Origin: a bacterium
Lineage (GTDB): Bacteria > BMS3Abin14
Direction: 5' to 3'
Assembly: GCA_029210965.1 (NCBI GenBank)
Contig: JARGFZ010000002.1
Location: forward strand, 63,016 to 127,015
Length of the DNA: 64,000 nucleotides
In this document: positions 19,500-30,201 of the stretch, piece after piece
Position numbering within the stretch: position 1 is the first letter of the stretch
How the letters are laid out: every line of letters begins with the position of its first letter
Made by a program: the position numbers and the translations under genes
The notes under the pieces: generated by a model
Told to the model about the DNA's origin: nothing
Databases searched by the model: none
What the model saw: only the letters and a program-made list of their open reading frames with translations

Positions 19500-20624
19500 T
19501 CAATGCACTTCCCCTGTCCAGGGCGCCCGAGCCAGACGGGCATCATCAACGTATTGCCTGATCTGATCCAGACAAAGGGAATAAACATCTATTTCCGAAT
19601 TACCGTGAACCTGTTTATACCACGAGATCGTTTTATCGATGGACCGCTGGACTCCGTACACAGGTCTGAAGCCCAATTCCCTCATGGCCTTTGAAGTGTC
19701 CAGATTGAGAAGCTTGGCCTCATGAACTTCATTCTCACCACCCTGTCTTTCCCAGGACCCGTACCCCCATATCCGTAATACTCCGTCAACTACCTCGCCG
19801 ACGGTAAGGTTTTTCGGCTCCATCGGACCGAAGTTCCAGGGTCCGCAAAATGTTGTGGGGTCATCCATCATCATGGAAGCCAGGTGCAGGTAGCCCGCCA
19901 CCGGATCCAGGATAAACTGCCAGGGCCTTACAGCGTCCGGGTTCCTCAGGCGGATCCTTTCTCCGGTCTGAAGGGTCCTGATACAGTCCGGGATCAGCCT
20001 GTCACTGGCCCAGTCCCCGCCGCCGATGATATTCCCCGCCCGCACCGTGGCCACAGCTGTATCGGTTTGGAAAAAAGACCGCCTGTATGCAGCCGTCACT
20101 AATTCCGCGCCGGCTTTGCTGGAACTGTAAGGATCGTGTCCGCCCAGGGGGGCTTTTTCATTATACGCCTGTCCCGTTTCCCGGTTTTCGTAACACTTGT
20201 CCGTTGTGATGACCTGACACACCTTGATGGACGGACATCCGCGAACTGCCTCCAGGAAATGAACCGTTCCCATAATATTGGTGCCGTAGGTGCCCACCGG
20301 ATCGTCATAGCTGGGTCGCACAAGGGATTGAGCTGCAAGATGAAAGGCCGAATCGGGTTTACTCTGAGCCATGGCCGACTTAAGAAACTCCAGGTCCCTG
20401 ACGTCACCATGAATGTGGGTCACTCTCCCGGCGAGGGCGGCTTTTTCAAAAAGGCTTGGGTCAGAGGGCGGTTCCAGGGAGAAACCCACAACGCGGGCAC
20501 CCAGGGCGCCCAGCCAAATTGCCATCCAGGAACCTACAAACCCCGTGTGGCCGGTCAGAAAGACTGTTTTCCCCCTAAAAGCCCCTTTGAACAGGCTGCC
20601 CCTATCCATGGCACTTATTCCCAT
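19500..20624 (-). CDS. rfbG: CDP-glucose 4,6-dehydratase
   Basis: Has GKTVFLTGHTGFVGSWM and YSSSK motifs; 374 aa. Confidence 0.85.
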   Translation of the reverse strand: MGISAMDRGSLFKGAFRGKTVFLTGHTGFVGSWMAIWLGALGARVVGFSLEPPSDPSLFEKAALAGRVTHIHGDVRDLEFLKSAMAQSKPDSAFHLAAQSLVRPSYDDPVGTYGTNIMGTVHFLEAVRGCPSIKVCQVITTDKCYENRETGQAYNEKAPLGGHDPYSSSKAGAELVTAAYRRSFFQTDTAVATVRAGNIIGGGDWASDRLIPDCIRTLQTGERIRLRNPDAVRPWQFILDPVAGYLHLASMMMDDPTTFCGPWNFGPMEPKNLTVGEVVDGVLRIWGYGSWERQGGENEVHEAKLLNLDTSKAMRELGFRPVYGVQRSIDKTISWYKQVHGNSEIDVYSLCLDQIRQYVDDARLARAPWTGEVH

Positions 20625-21385
20625 TGTTTCCAGGGTGCCTTACCGGAAGCCCATAACTCCTCAAGGGCGCTCTTGTCACGCAATGTGTCCATGGCGCTCC
20701 AGAACCCTTCATGAGGATAGGCGGCCATCTGTCCGTCCCTGGCGAGATTTTCCATGGGCTCACGCTCCCAGTATGTCTCGTCGCCCTGGACATATCCGAG
20801 GGCTCCGGGAGATAACACGAAAAAACCTCCGTTTATCCAGCTTCCATCTCCCATGGGTTTTTCCCTGAAACTTTTTACCTTGCCGCCATCAAGAACCATG
20901 GACCCGAACCGTCCGGGCGGCTGTACTGCAGTTACCGTGACAAGCTTACCTCCTTCGGCGTGAAATCGCCTGAGCGCGGCGATGTCAATATTTGCCAGGC
21001 CGTCACCATAGGTCATGCAGAAATCCCCCTCCTCCACATAAGGAAGGATCCTCTTGAGCCGCCCGCCAGTTTGGGTAGACTCACCGGTGTCCACCAGGGT
21101 CACCTTCCACGGTTCCGCGAACCGGTTGTGGATCTCGAGGCTGTTGTCGGACAAGTCTATGGTCACATCGGACATATGGAGAAAATAGTTGGTGAAGTAC
21201 TCTTTTATCATATAACCCTTGTAACCCAGGCAAATGATAAAATCGTTGATGCCATGGGCGGAGTAGATCTTCATAATGTGCCAGAGCATCGGCCGTCCGC
21301 CGATCTCCACCATAGGTTTGGGCTTTACCATCGTTTCTTCACTCAGTCGGCTGCCTAACCCGCCCGCAAGAATCACAGCTTTCAT
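20615..21385 (-). CDS. rfbF: Glucose-1-phosphate cytidylyltransferase
   Basis: MKAVILAGGLGSRL...KPKPMVEIGGRPMLWHIM; 256 aa. Confidence 0.9.
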   Translation of the reverse strand: MKAVILAGGLGSRLSEETMVKPKPMVEIGGRPMLWHIMKIYSAHGINDFIICLGYKGYMIKEYFTNYFLHMSDVTIDLSDNSLEIHNRFAEPWKVTLVDTGESTQTGGRLKRILPYVEEGDFCMTYGDGLANIDIAALRRFHAEGGKLVTVTAVQPPGRFGSMVLDGGKVKSFREKPMGDGSWINGGFFVLSPGALGYVQGDETYWEREPMENLARDGQMAAYPHEGFWSAMDTLRDKSALEELWASGKAPWKQWE

Positions 21386-21517
21386 TATTTGACCCCTCCA
21401 GAGAGTAAACGGTTGATCAATCTACGGTTTGTCTGCGATACGGCTATTGAGAGTAGCACAAATTTCAGGCAGTTACATAAATCACCTAATCTGGACCTGA
21501 GTGTTCACGACCCCATG

Positions 21518-22816
21518 CTACCGTAGTCCGAGCCGGCTCCTGATGATTCCGTCAAGTTCATGGGCCCGGGTATTGAAATTGTGGTCTTTCAGAGTTCTGG
21601 CCTGGGCCGCCTGACCAATGGTTTTTCTCTCAGAGGGGTGGTCAAGGAGGTAAAGCGCTTTTTCGACGCACTCCTCGGCGGTCCTGTAGGAAACCACTTC
21701 ATGGTCCGGCTCGAAAAGTTTCGAGGTCCTCTCCATGTGATCCGTCAGAAGGCATGTTCCCACACCCGTGGACTCGAACATCCTCATGTTGGAGGAAGAA
21801 TGAACGGAGATGTTCAGGTGACTGTTGAAAGTGACTTTAGAATCGCGCAGGACCCGGAACATGTTTAGTCCAAAAACGGGAGGGCGCAGGTGCTTCTTCA
21901 GCCTGGGGTGGACCGGAAGGAGCGGGTGATCGTGATACCTCGGTCCACGGGAGACTATTGGGATCCGGTCCAGAGTTCCCTCCGGTAAGCCCAGATGTGA
22001 AAGACCACTGTAGGTTGCGTAAACTCCCTTTCTTGCAAGCGCCATAAGGTATTTGTCTACACCGGCACTCCCGCTCATGGAAAAAACAGTCAAAGGAGTA
22101 CTGGTAACAAGATGCAGGAGTACCTTTTCCCTTTCGCGGTGAAACCCCGACTGCCGGTTGACCTGCCCTACGAAGGTGAAATCATGGGGAACCCTGTCAG
22201 CACCTGCGATCCTGTCTAAAACCCTCCTGTCGAATGCGTGGTTCAAATGGTACGACCTGTGCCCCATTCGTTCAAACATCTCTACCAGTTCGGGCACACA
22301 GCTCAGCACCGCATCGTACCCTTTAAACACCTCCGCATCGGGAAAGGGGGCCCCACACCACCCGAGTACCAGGCGTATGGACGGACAGTTATCACGGACC
22401 TCCTCTATCCATGCCTTGCTGAAGGAAACGTAGTCGTTAATGAACAGAACGTCGGGCTGCAGAGCCTTTATCCTGTCCGTGGCCAATTGCAGGAACCAGT
22501 CTCCACCCGGCTGCCGATAACCGTTATCCCTGGCCCAAGCTCTTTGAAGAGGTTCGACGTTGGCGATCACCTCGCACACATCATATCCCAGATGGGCCAA
22601 CGGTCCCTTCCAAAAATCGGCCCATCCAAAAGCGTCGTACAGCAGGGTCTCCTCCTGGTGGGCACAGGGTTCCTTTTCAAGGCCCGGATGATGGCCATAA
22701 AACTGTCTCTGGTATTCGGGGTAGACCGTGGACAGTCGGACCATCTTCAAGGTTTTTCCCCCTGAACCGCACCGGCACCAGGTGGGACAGCATTTTTTTC
22801 CAGAGAACGCTCCCAC
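21518..22816 (-). CDS. CgeB-family glycosyltransferase (DUF3880/Glyco_trans_1_2-like)
   Basis: 432 aa. The C-terminal MFESTGVGTCLLTD...VVSYRTAEEC...LDHPSERKTIG is typical of the CgeB-like family. GTG start. Confidence 0.6.
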   Translation of the reverse strand: MGAFSGKKCCPTWCRCGSGGKTLKMVRLSTVYPEYQRQFYGHHPGLEKEPCAHQEETLLYDAFGWADFWKGPLAHLGYDVCEVIANVEPLQRAWARDNGYRQPGGDWFLQLATDRIKALQPDVLFINDYVSFSKAWIEEVRDNCPSIRLVLGWCGAPFPDAEVFKGYDAVLSCVPELVEMFERMGHRSYHLNHAFDRRVLDRIAGADRVPHDFTFVGQVNRQSGFHREREKVLLHLVTSTPLTVFSMSGSAGVDKYLMALARKGVYATYSGLSHLGLPEGTLDRIPIVSRGPRYHDHPLLPVHPRLKKHLRPPVFGLNMFRVLRDSKVTFNSHLNISVHSSSNMRMFESTGVGTCLLTDHMERTSKLFEPDHEVVSYRTAEECVEKALYLLDHPSERKTIGQAAQARTLKDHNFNTRAHELDGIIRSRLGLR

Positions 22817-24156
22817 ATGTACGGGGATAACCCTTCCCAGGCGCCCTGGGCATCGGCAAAGGAGAAACTCCGGCCGCTGGTAAGCTGGAGTATTTTTTCA
22901 CGTGTGCTTACTGGATCTACCAGTGCGCACGTCTTAAAGTCCGCTGAAGCGAGAAGATCCAGGAAGCACTCGCTTAACAAACCCTGCATCCAGTCAACAA
23001 TAGGGCTGTTGAAACCGGGTTTTGTCCTACTTCGCACAACTTCCTCCTGGACCAGACCCCCGTCCTGCTCGTTTCGCAGACCGTCAGAGCAGGCAATGAG
23101 CCTACTGCTTTCGGCCAGGTGGTTCTCTACCTCAGCTCTCATCATTTTCTTAAAGCCAGTTATCAGTTGTTTCCAGTTCGCCGTCCCTCACTGAAGCACA
23201 CCAGGCATTTCTTTTCCCAATTACCGACTGAATCACAAAACAGCCTCCTTTATCAAGGGGCTTTAGCGCGGTTTCTTGCCCCTCTCCGGCAACAGATGCT
23301 CCTTGAGGTCCCTGTTGACAGGCATCCGAGGCCTACCAGTCCATTTGGCCGCGCTTGATATTCCCGGAATTCCCGCAAGGAAAGAATCAGGGATTCTGGC
23401 ACCCCTTGCCAACCTTACCAGATCGTACGCACCGATCCGCAGGCTCGCCATAAATTCGTCCCTCAAACCCAACGCTGAGCTCGGAGAAAAGATTGTAAGG
23501 GGCGTATTTTTTAGGAGTTGGAGCAGGAGTTTTTCGCGATCATAGTGAAAATCGTTCGGCCTGTTGATCTGGCCTACGAAGGTAAAATCCGGTCTGGAAT
23601 CAGTATATGGATCCAATCGCTCCAGAACAGAGGGATTAAAAGAATGATCGATATGTTCTGAACAGAACCCCAATTTCCTGAACCTCTCTCTCAGCTCAGG
23701 GATACAAGTTAGCACCAGGTCGCTGGCAGCAAAAACCGAATGGTCAGAAAACGGAGCGCCGCACCAGACAACGACCAGCCTTATGAACGGCACTGCTGCA
23801 CGCAGGTCCCGTATCCAGGAACCCGGGAATTTATTGTACTCCGTGAGGAGCACGATGTCGGGGCTTATTTGCCTGATCTGACGGGTGACTAAGTGATAAA
23901 ACCAGTCGGGACCGTCCGACGGAACGTCATTCTCTCGTGCCCACGCCTTTTGAAGCGGTTCCGCGTTGGCCAGTATTTCCGTCGCGTCATAACCGAGAGG
24001 CTTTAATGCCGAAGTCCAGAAATCGGCAGTGCCGAATACATCCGCAAAAATTTCTTCCTGCTGCTGCGAGTATGGTTTATCCGACAGGCCCGGAATAGAC
24101 TGGTATATTTTCTGAAGATAGGCAGGGTATGCCGTGGAAAGCTTCACCAGCTTCAA
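22747..24156 (-). pseudogene. Disrupted tandem paralog of the CgeB-family glycosyltransferase
   Basis: ORF 23263..24156 aligns to the N-terminal two-thirds of the 21518..22816 product (MKLVKLSTAYPAYLQKIY vs MVRLSTVYPEYQRQFY). ORF 22747..23145 aligns weakly to the C-terminal part. Between them the reading frame carries several stops and a deletion relative to the intact paralog. Confidence 0.45.
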
Positions 24157-24481
24157 CGCGAGCCCCTTTGTGCAATCTCACTGGAAATAAAAACCTATTT
24201 TCTCAAGGGAACCCCATCCGACAGTCGGTCAGACTTTTGAAAACAGGCATTGCGCTCCTCGGCACGACTTTCTCACCGACCAGCCCTGGTAACCTCGGTT
24301 TAAGAATCTGACGGCCCCGGCCATGAACCGTCCGGTTCCGGCACGCCAGTTCTGTTTCAGGTCCCCGATGGTCTGTCGCTCGCTCCGAAGCTTGTCAGAT
24401 GCGAATGATCGGCTGGAGGTTCGATGCCCGGTTCTGGCTCCCGTACCCGAAGGTTTTTCATGTCCAGCTTGCGTTGTCTTT

Positions 24482-25237
24482 TCAAGCATCGTCGCGTAAA
24501 TCGCCGTGAGGCTTTTTCCAGATTACGGTTTTACAAAAACCCCTTACATAAGGGAGGATGCCAAAAAACTCCCGGCTCGGCCACTTTTCAATCAGCTTCA
24601 TGCCGGGCCGGTACCCCTCTCTTTCCGCGTTATCAAGCACAAGATATCCCCCCGGTTTTAGCTTCCCGCGGGCATGCCAGAGACAGGCGTTTCTGGCCCT
24701 GCCATCCACTACCACCAGATCGAAACTGCTGTCTTCATAGGCATCGATCTTACTTGCGTAGTCGTAAAATGTCATTCCAGGATACCCGCCATCCTCATAA
24801 CCAAGGGGACAAGGGTCCGTATCGCTTCTTACGGGGTCCGGGGACGGGACCTCAAGATAATACTCGCCGTTTGAAATTTCCTCCTCGTCGAGAAGGCTCT
24901 TAACCGTCGCATACCAGTCCTCATCGTGCTCAACAGACACGAGGTGTTTGACCCTGCCCAGGAAATAGAGGGTGGAACCTCCCGAGCCGAACTCGAAAAC
25001 AACGCTTTCAGGACCAATGGAGCGGCCGATAAAATCCTGACAAGCAAAGGGGAGCCAGGGGATCCGGTGAACGAGAGGGCTGCCCTCATGGGTAAAGGAG
25101 TTTTTCCAGGGCCTGTAGTATCGGAAGGCATCCCTAAGGTGAGAAACAATGCGGCCAGGCTGCGCCAGAACTACTTTTATTACAAGCTTAAGGTAGCTCC
25201 AGAAATAGCTTTTTATATCTTCGGGAAATGCAGTCAT
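24482..25237 (-). CDS. Class I SAM-dependent methyltransferase
   Basis: VVFEFGSGGSTLYF is SAM-binding motif I. Probable start is MTAFPEDIK. Confidence 0.6.
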   Translation of the reverse strand: MTAFPEDIKSYFWSYLKLVIKVVLAQPGRIVSHLRDAFRYYRPWKNSFTHEGSPLVHRIPWLPFACQDFIGRSIGPESVVFEFGSGGSTLYFLGRVKHLVSVEHDEDWYATVKSLLDEEEISNGEYYLEVPSPDPVRSDTDPCPLGYEDGGYPGMTFYDYASKIDAYEDSSFDLVVVDGRARNACLWHARGKLKPGGYLVLDNAEREGYRPGMKLIEKWPSREFFGILPYVRGFCKTVIWKKPHGDLRDDA

Positions 25238-25268
25238 CCCGGCTCCTTGCGGGGGAGGGCTGATCGTT

Positions 25269-26042
25269 TCATGGCAGGTCGCGGACAGTTTCCAACTGAG
25301 GTGCCACCGGACGCCACTCCTCCGCACTCATGAACAGGCCCGTTCTTTGCGTCTTTGCAATCAGACGATAACCAAGCTCAGACAAAAAACTATAAATGTC
25401 ACCGGAAACAATTTCCTCCGTTGCTGACTCGAGAAGTTCCACGGCAACGACCCGGGGCCTGAAACTGTTCCAATCGTTTGATCGCAGAACTTCCAGGTCC
25501 ATTCCCTCGGCATCCACGTTAAGGAAATCGATGGACCTTTTCAACGCCCACTTTTGCAGGATCTCCTTCAGGGGCAGGACCTGCACCTCGAGCGTCTCGA
25601 CAAGCCGGCACTTTCCCCTGCTCAACCTCTCACGGGTCAACGCCTGGTCAAAGGAGTTCAATGCGGGCTCATCTAGAACATAATATTCCATCGATCCCTT
25701 CTCAAGACCGACCCCCATGCACAGATTCACATCCCTTTTGCGATGGACCCTGAATTTCTCCAGGGCCTCGGGATTGGGCTCAATATTGATTCCGCTCCAT
25801 CCTGACTCGTAGAAGATCTGCGTGTTTGAAAAACGCTTCGGGTGGTGCGCGCCCACATCCACATAAAATCCATCCCTGCGGTTTTCAAGCAGGGACATCA
25901 CCAGGAGGTCTTCACCTTCCTGGGAGTAGGACTGAACCGCGTACCCGCTACCGTGTTCGAGATACAGATCACGCAAGGGCCTTACAAGCCTTTCCGGAAG
26001 GATCCTTTTCAGCTTGTCCTTAAGCACTCTTTTCGAAAACAC
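25269..26042 (-). CDS. FkbM-family methyltransferase
   Basis: GFYVDVGAHHPKRFSNT matches the FkbM motif; 257 aa. Confidence 0.7.
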   Translation of the reverse strand: MFSKRVLKDKLKRILPERLVRPLRDLYLEHGSGYAVQSYSQEGEDLLVMSLLENRRDGFYVDVGAHHPKRFSNTQIFYESGWSGINIEPNPEALEKFRVHRKRDVNLCMGVGLEKGSMEYYVLDEPALNSFDQALTRERLSRGKCRLVETLEVQVLPLKEILQKWALKRSIDFLNVDAEGMDLEVLRSNDWNSFRPRVVAVELLESATEEIVSGDIYSFLSELGYRLIAKTQRTGLFMSAEEWRPVAPQLETVRDLP

Positions 26043-27444
26043 AGGCGAGTCCCTTCAGCTGCATCTTGAAGACAGGTCTGGTTACCTGAAAAAGCAGGTT
26101 GGAAAACATGGCAGCAAAAGCGTAAGAGGCAACGGTGGCCACCGCCGCTCCCATGATACCAAAGACCGGGATCAGGAGGAGGTTAAGGATCACATTGGCG
26201 ATGGCCCCGAGAAGCGTTCTGAAGAGGGAAAGCCTTGTAAGTCCCTCGTTGACCAGCCATGTACTTTGTACAACGCCCAGGGAAACGAACAATCCGCCCC
26301 AGACGTGCATCGCCACGACCTTCCCTGACGCGGCGTAGGCCGGGCCGAACAGTGCAACGATGATGACATGGGAAAACAATACCAGAGGAAGTATCATGAA
26401 ATAGGAAAAAACACATGTCAGCGAGAAAAGGTCCTGGAGGCGCCGGTTATAAAGGGTCTGATCCTCACCCCTTGACTGGACAATGATCGGGAAGGCGGAC
26501 TGGGCCAGGAACGTAGGGATAAAGTACCAGACCTCGGAGATCCTCACCGCTGCCGCGTACAGTCCTACCTCTTCAATTCCGCTCATCTGTCCCAGCATGA
26601 TCTGGTCTATTCTCATATAGACCATGATGGAGAGGCCGGACAGGAGGAGCGGCCAGCTTTCCGACAGGGTTCTCAAGGCGATATCCCTGTCGAACCGGAG
26701 GCCAGCTGGTTTTTGGCCGCGCAGTCTGTAGATCACCACGAGGCCTATGGCCTCGAGAGCGGCCTCAAGGGTGAATGCAGCCGCGAAGGCTGCTACTCCA
26801 GCTTCACTCAACACGAGAGCGACCTTGAAAGCTGAGATTAAAAGAAAGGGCACCACTTTTCCCAGAACAATATAACGGGCCTCCACCCGTGATCGAAAAT
26901 GGAATTCGACGATCTTAACCGATTGAAAAACAAAGGAGATGGCCACGATAAACACGAGCCAGAAGGTCCCGTCCACACCATGCGGAAGAAGGGCTACCAC
27001 CGCGATCACGATCCCCCAGGTCAGAATACCGGCCGCGAATTGCAGGAAAAAGGCGGTCCCGAGGAGACGCTGCTGGTCCCATGGCCTTTTAACAAGTTCC
27101 CTTATTACGATATTCTCCAATCCCAGGCCGGCCAGTACACCGAACAGGGAAGCGAAGGCAATAGCGTAGCTCAAGAGACCGAAACGCCCGGGGCCCAGAT
27201 ATCGCGCGACAAGAACGCTGACAAAAAGACCGACCACCAGTCTCAGGATTTTGTCTGAGACAAGCCACCCGGAATTGGCCACGATCTCCTGGCGGTTAGG
27301 GCTGTCGGAGAGGTGTCTCCGGATAAAAGAGGGCAGGAGTCGCAACAAGTCCATCAGTTCCGGCGCAGGGGATGAAGGTGCACCCGTTCTTCGGGCATCT
27401 GAAAGGAGTCCGTTTCCTGGAAAGAGCGCGCAGAACTTGCGCAA
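26020..27444 (-). CDS. wzx: Polysaccharide/O-antigen flippase (Wzx, MOP superfamily)
   Basis: About 12 predicted TMs. Has the N-terminal SGWLVSDKILRLVVGL motif typical of the polysaccharide biosynthesis protein family. Confidence 0.75.
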   Translation of the reverse strand: MRKFCALFPGNGLLSDARRTGAPSSPAPELMDLLRLLPSFIRRHLSDSPNRQEIVANSGWLVSDKILRLVVGLFVSVLVARYLGPGRFGLLSYAIAFASLFGVLAGLGLENIVIRELVKRPWDQQRLLGTAFFLQFAAGILTWGIVIAVVALLPHGVDGTFWLVFIVAISFVFQSVKIVEFHFRSRVEARYIVLGKVVPFLLISAFKVALVLSEAGVAAFAAAFTLEAALEAIGLVVIYRLRGQKPAGLRFDRDIALRTLSESWPLLLSGLSIMVYMRIDQIMLGQMSGIEEVGLYAAAVRISEVWYFIPTFLAQSAFPIIVQSRGEDQTLYNRRLQDLFSLTCVFSYFMILPLVLFSHVIIVALFGPAYAASGKVVAMHVWGGLFVSLGVVQSTWLVNEGLTRLSLFRTLLGAIANVILNLLLIPVFGIMGAAVATVASYAFAAMFSNLLFQVTRPVFKMQLKGLACVFEKSA

Positions 27445-27732
27445 ACTGCTAACCGTACACTGTTAAGCCTCAGGGAGTCCTGGCTGATCGATAGGTCATT
27501 ATAACGGGTCATGGGGGGAGTATACCGGAATCAGGAGTCAGGAGCCAGAATCCAGGAGACAGGGGGTAATAAAAGTACGCAGGACGTAGAACGCAGCACG
27601 CAGGAGGAAAACAGAGCGAAGGGCGCCAAGAGCAGTTCGGAGTGCGGTTCGCCTACCTCGGCTGGTGCAAAGAGACATTCCATTGAGATTGCATGACAAG
27701 TGAGCGATAAACCTGGATCCTAGACCCTGGTT

Positions 27733-28824
27733 TTAACCGGGCAGGTTTTCTGTCGTATCTGATACATCCTTCGCCAAATTAATAGTCACCCTGGGATTGT
27801 CCGGGATATGGAGAGTCACCATATTGAACGGGATGGTGATCCCCTCCTCATCATATCTTCCCTTCAGGCGCTTGATGAACTGGTGGGTCATTTCGTAACT
27901 GTCGAAGAACTCCTCTGCGGCAAGAACGACTTTGAAAATTATACCCGAGTCGCCGAACTCATTGTACCAGATCCTGGGCTTGTGGTCCCTTCTGGCTCCA
28001 TTGACCGTAGCCTGTATGTCGTCCGCAACTTCCAGGGTCACGCGCTCAACGTGCTCCAGGTCGCTGTCGTAGTGCACCCCTACATTGACGTATACCCGCA
28101 TCTCTTTTGCCGGCTGATGGTAGTTTGTGAGAATGGCAGAAGCCAGTTTGGAGTTGGGGACGATGATCATATTGTTTTGCAGTGCGCGTATAGTCGTGTT
28201 TCTCCAGGTCACGTCGGTAACGTAACCCTCTTCCAGGGAGTCGAGGTGTACGTAATCCCCCGGTTTGATCTGCCGGGCAGCGATGATCTGCAAACCTGCA
28301 AACAGGTTGGACAGGGTTTCCTGAAGGGCCAGGGCCACGGCAAGACCGCCGACCCCCAGAGCCGTCAGGACCGGAGTGATGGATATCTCCAGCGATTGAA
28401 GGATGACCAGGACCCCGAGGATATAAACACCAAGTTTAATGATGTTTCCAAAAAGGGAGATGGTGGGTGTGTCACCCTTGCCTTTTTTGGCCTGGAGATT
28501 GAACAGACCAATGGAAACCCGGGCAAGGACCACCGTCAGTGAAAACAGAAAGAGGACCACCGGGACGTGTCCCAGGAATCTGGCGACATCAGGTTTCAGG
28601 ACAATTGCCGAAAGGGCACCTATCATGCCGGCCAGGAAACCCCACAGGATGAGCATCCCCTTGACAGAGCGCATGACGAGACTTGCAGATTCAAAATTGA
28701 TCTTCCGGAAAGCCTTGAGCATCAGGGGGAGAAGGATCTTCTCGGCGACAATGCCAAGAAGCAGGCCTCCGAGCAGGAACATGGCGGGGGCGAACCAGGG
28801 GCCAAGCGTATCTATTTCGAGCAT
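27733..28824 (-). CDS. Mechanosensitive ion channel (MscS family)
   Basis: TM helices followed by a GLQIIAARQIKPGDYVHL beta-domain. Confidence 0.85.
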   Translation of the reverse strand: MLEIDTLGPWFAPAMFLLGGLLLGIVAEKILLPLMLKAFRKINFESASLVMRSVKGMLILWGFLAGMIGALSAIVLKPDVARFLGHVPVVLFLFSLTVVLARVSIGLFNLQAKKGKGDTPTISLFGNIIKLGVYILGVLVILQSLEISITPVLTALGVGGLAVALALQETLSNLFAGLQIIAARQIKPGDYVHLDSLEEGYVTDVTWRNTTIRALQNNMIIVPNSKLASAILTNYHQPAKEMRVYVNVGVHYDSDLEHVERVTLEVADDIQATVNGARRDHKPRIWYNEFGDSGIIFKVVLAAEEFFDSYEMTHQFIKRLKGRYDEEGITIPFNMVTLHIPDNPRVTINLAKDVSDTTENLPG

Positions 28825-28906
28825 CAGTTTTTCCCTTTAGAGAAATTGGCTCTATTCACCTAAACCATGTGATACTTTATTATACTAAATTTACCATGAC
28901 ACAATA

Positions 28907-30106
28907 GTGGCTATTGTGTCCGTGGGAACTACCTCAAGGGTAATATACCGTCTGGGCGGGAGAATTGGGAGAGAATCTATGGGTAATCACAGAAAAACAG
29001 GACAAAGGAAGCGAGGGGTTTTTCGCCGTCAGACCCTTCCGGGGGCCGTTCCCGGAACCCTTGAGGTTGATCCCGGAGCTCCCTTTTCAAAGATCCACAT
29101 CATCGGTTGTTCCCCGGAGGAGATGGAAGAGAAAGAGATAGCGGAATCCACGGAGCTTTCTGCCTTTATGAAAGCCTGGCCGTTGACCTGGGTTAACGTG
29201 GATGGTCTGGGAGACAGCGCCACCCTCCTGGAACTGGCGGAAATATTTCAGATCCACAAGCTTGCCCTCGAAGATGTCGTCCACGTGCACCAACGCTCCA
29301 AGGTCGATGTGTACGACAACAACCTCTTTGTCGTCGCCCGGATGGCTTCTGTTTTAAACGGGGCCCTGGAAACAGAGCAGCTGAGCATCTTTCTTGGCGA
29401 CGGTTTCATTGTGACCTTTCAGGAGAGGGAGGGTGACTGCCTTGATCCGGTGAGAGACAGGATCAGGAAAGGGAAGGGGAGGATCAGGCGGTCAGGTGCC
29501 GACTATCTCGCCTACGCCATCCTGGATGCCGTAATCGACGGATGGTTCCCGGTTCTGGAGGATTATGGGGAGAAGCTGGAAGCGCTGGAGGACTCCATCC
29601 TGGAAAAACCGGACAGTCAGACCGTCTCCTCTATTCACAGGGTCAAAAGGGATCTGCTGGAGATAAGGCGCACCGTGTGGCCTACGAGGGAAACCGTCAA
29701 CAGCCTCATGCGAGAGACCGATTTTATTCAGCCAGAGACCAACCTGTACCTCAGGGACTGCTATGACCATGTTATACAGATCATCGACATGGTGGAAAGC
29801 TACAGGGACATGGCTTCCGGTCTGATGGAGTTCTACCTTTCCTCGGTGAGTAACCGAATGAACGAGATCATGAAGGTTCTGACCATTATTGCCACGATCT
29901 TTATTCCTCTGACCTTTTTCGCGGGGATCTACGGGATGAACTTTAACCCGGATGCCTCTCCGTGGAACATGCCGGAGCTGAACTGGAAATACGGTTACCT
30001 CTTTTTCTGGGCTATAATTGCTGTATTAGGTGTGACCATGCTGCTGTTTTTCCGCCGGATGGGCTGGTTGGGATCCAAAGGGGAAAAAAGGGAAAGTGAT
30101 CTGTGA
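28907..30106 (+). CDS. corA: Magnesium/cobalt transporter CorA
   Basis: C-terminal YGMNF (GMN) motif plus 2 TMs. The true start is probably the internal MGNHRK. Confidence 0.9.
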   Translation: MAIVSVGTTSRVIYRLGGRIGRESMGNHRKTGQRKRGVFRRQTLPGAVPGTLEVDPGAPFSKIHIIGCSPEEMEEKEIAESTELSAFMKAWPLTWVNVDGLGDSATLLELAEIFQIHKLALEDVVHVHQRSKVDVYDNNLFVVARMASVLNGALETEQLSIFLGDGFIVTFQEREGDCLDPVRDRIRKGKGRIRRSGADYLAYAILDAVIDGWFPVLEDYGEKLEALEDSILEKPDSQTVSSIHRVKRDLLEIRRTVWPTRETVNSLMRETDFIQPETNLYLRDCYDHVIQIIDMVESYRDMASGLMEFYLSSVSNRMNEIMKVLTIIATIFIPLTFFAGIYGMNFNPDASPWNMPELNWKYGYLFFWAIIAVLGVTMLLFFRRMGWLGSKGEKRESDL

Positions 30107-30201
30107 GACAAAGCTGAACAAAAATACTATCTTCTTGCCCATCACCGCCCGAGGCCAAGCCAGCACGGGTCTAACCCCTCCCATGAAAATGGTCGGTCCT
30201 G

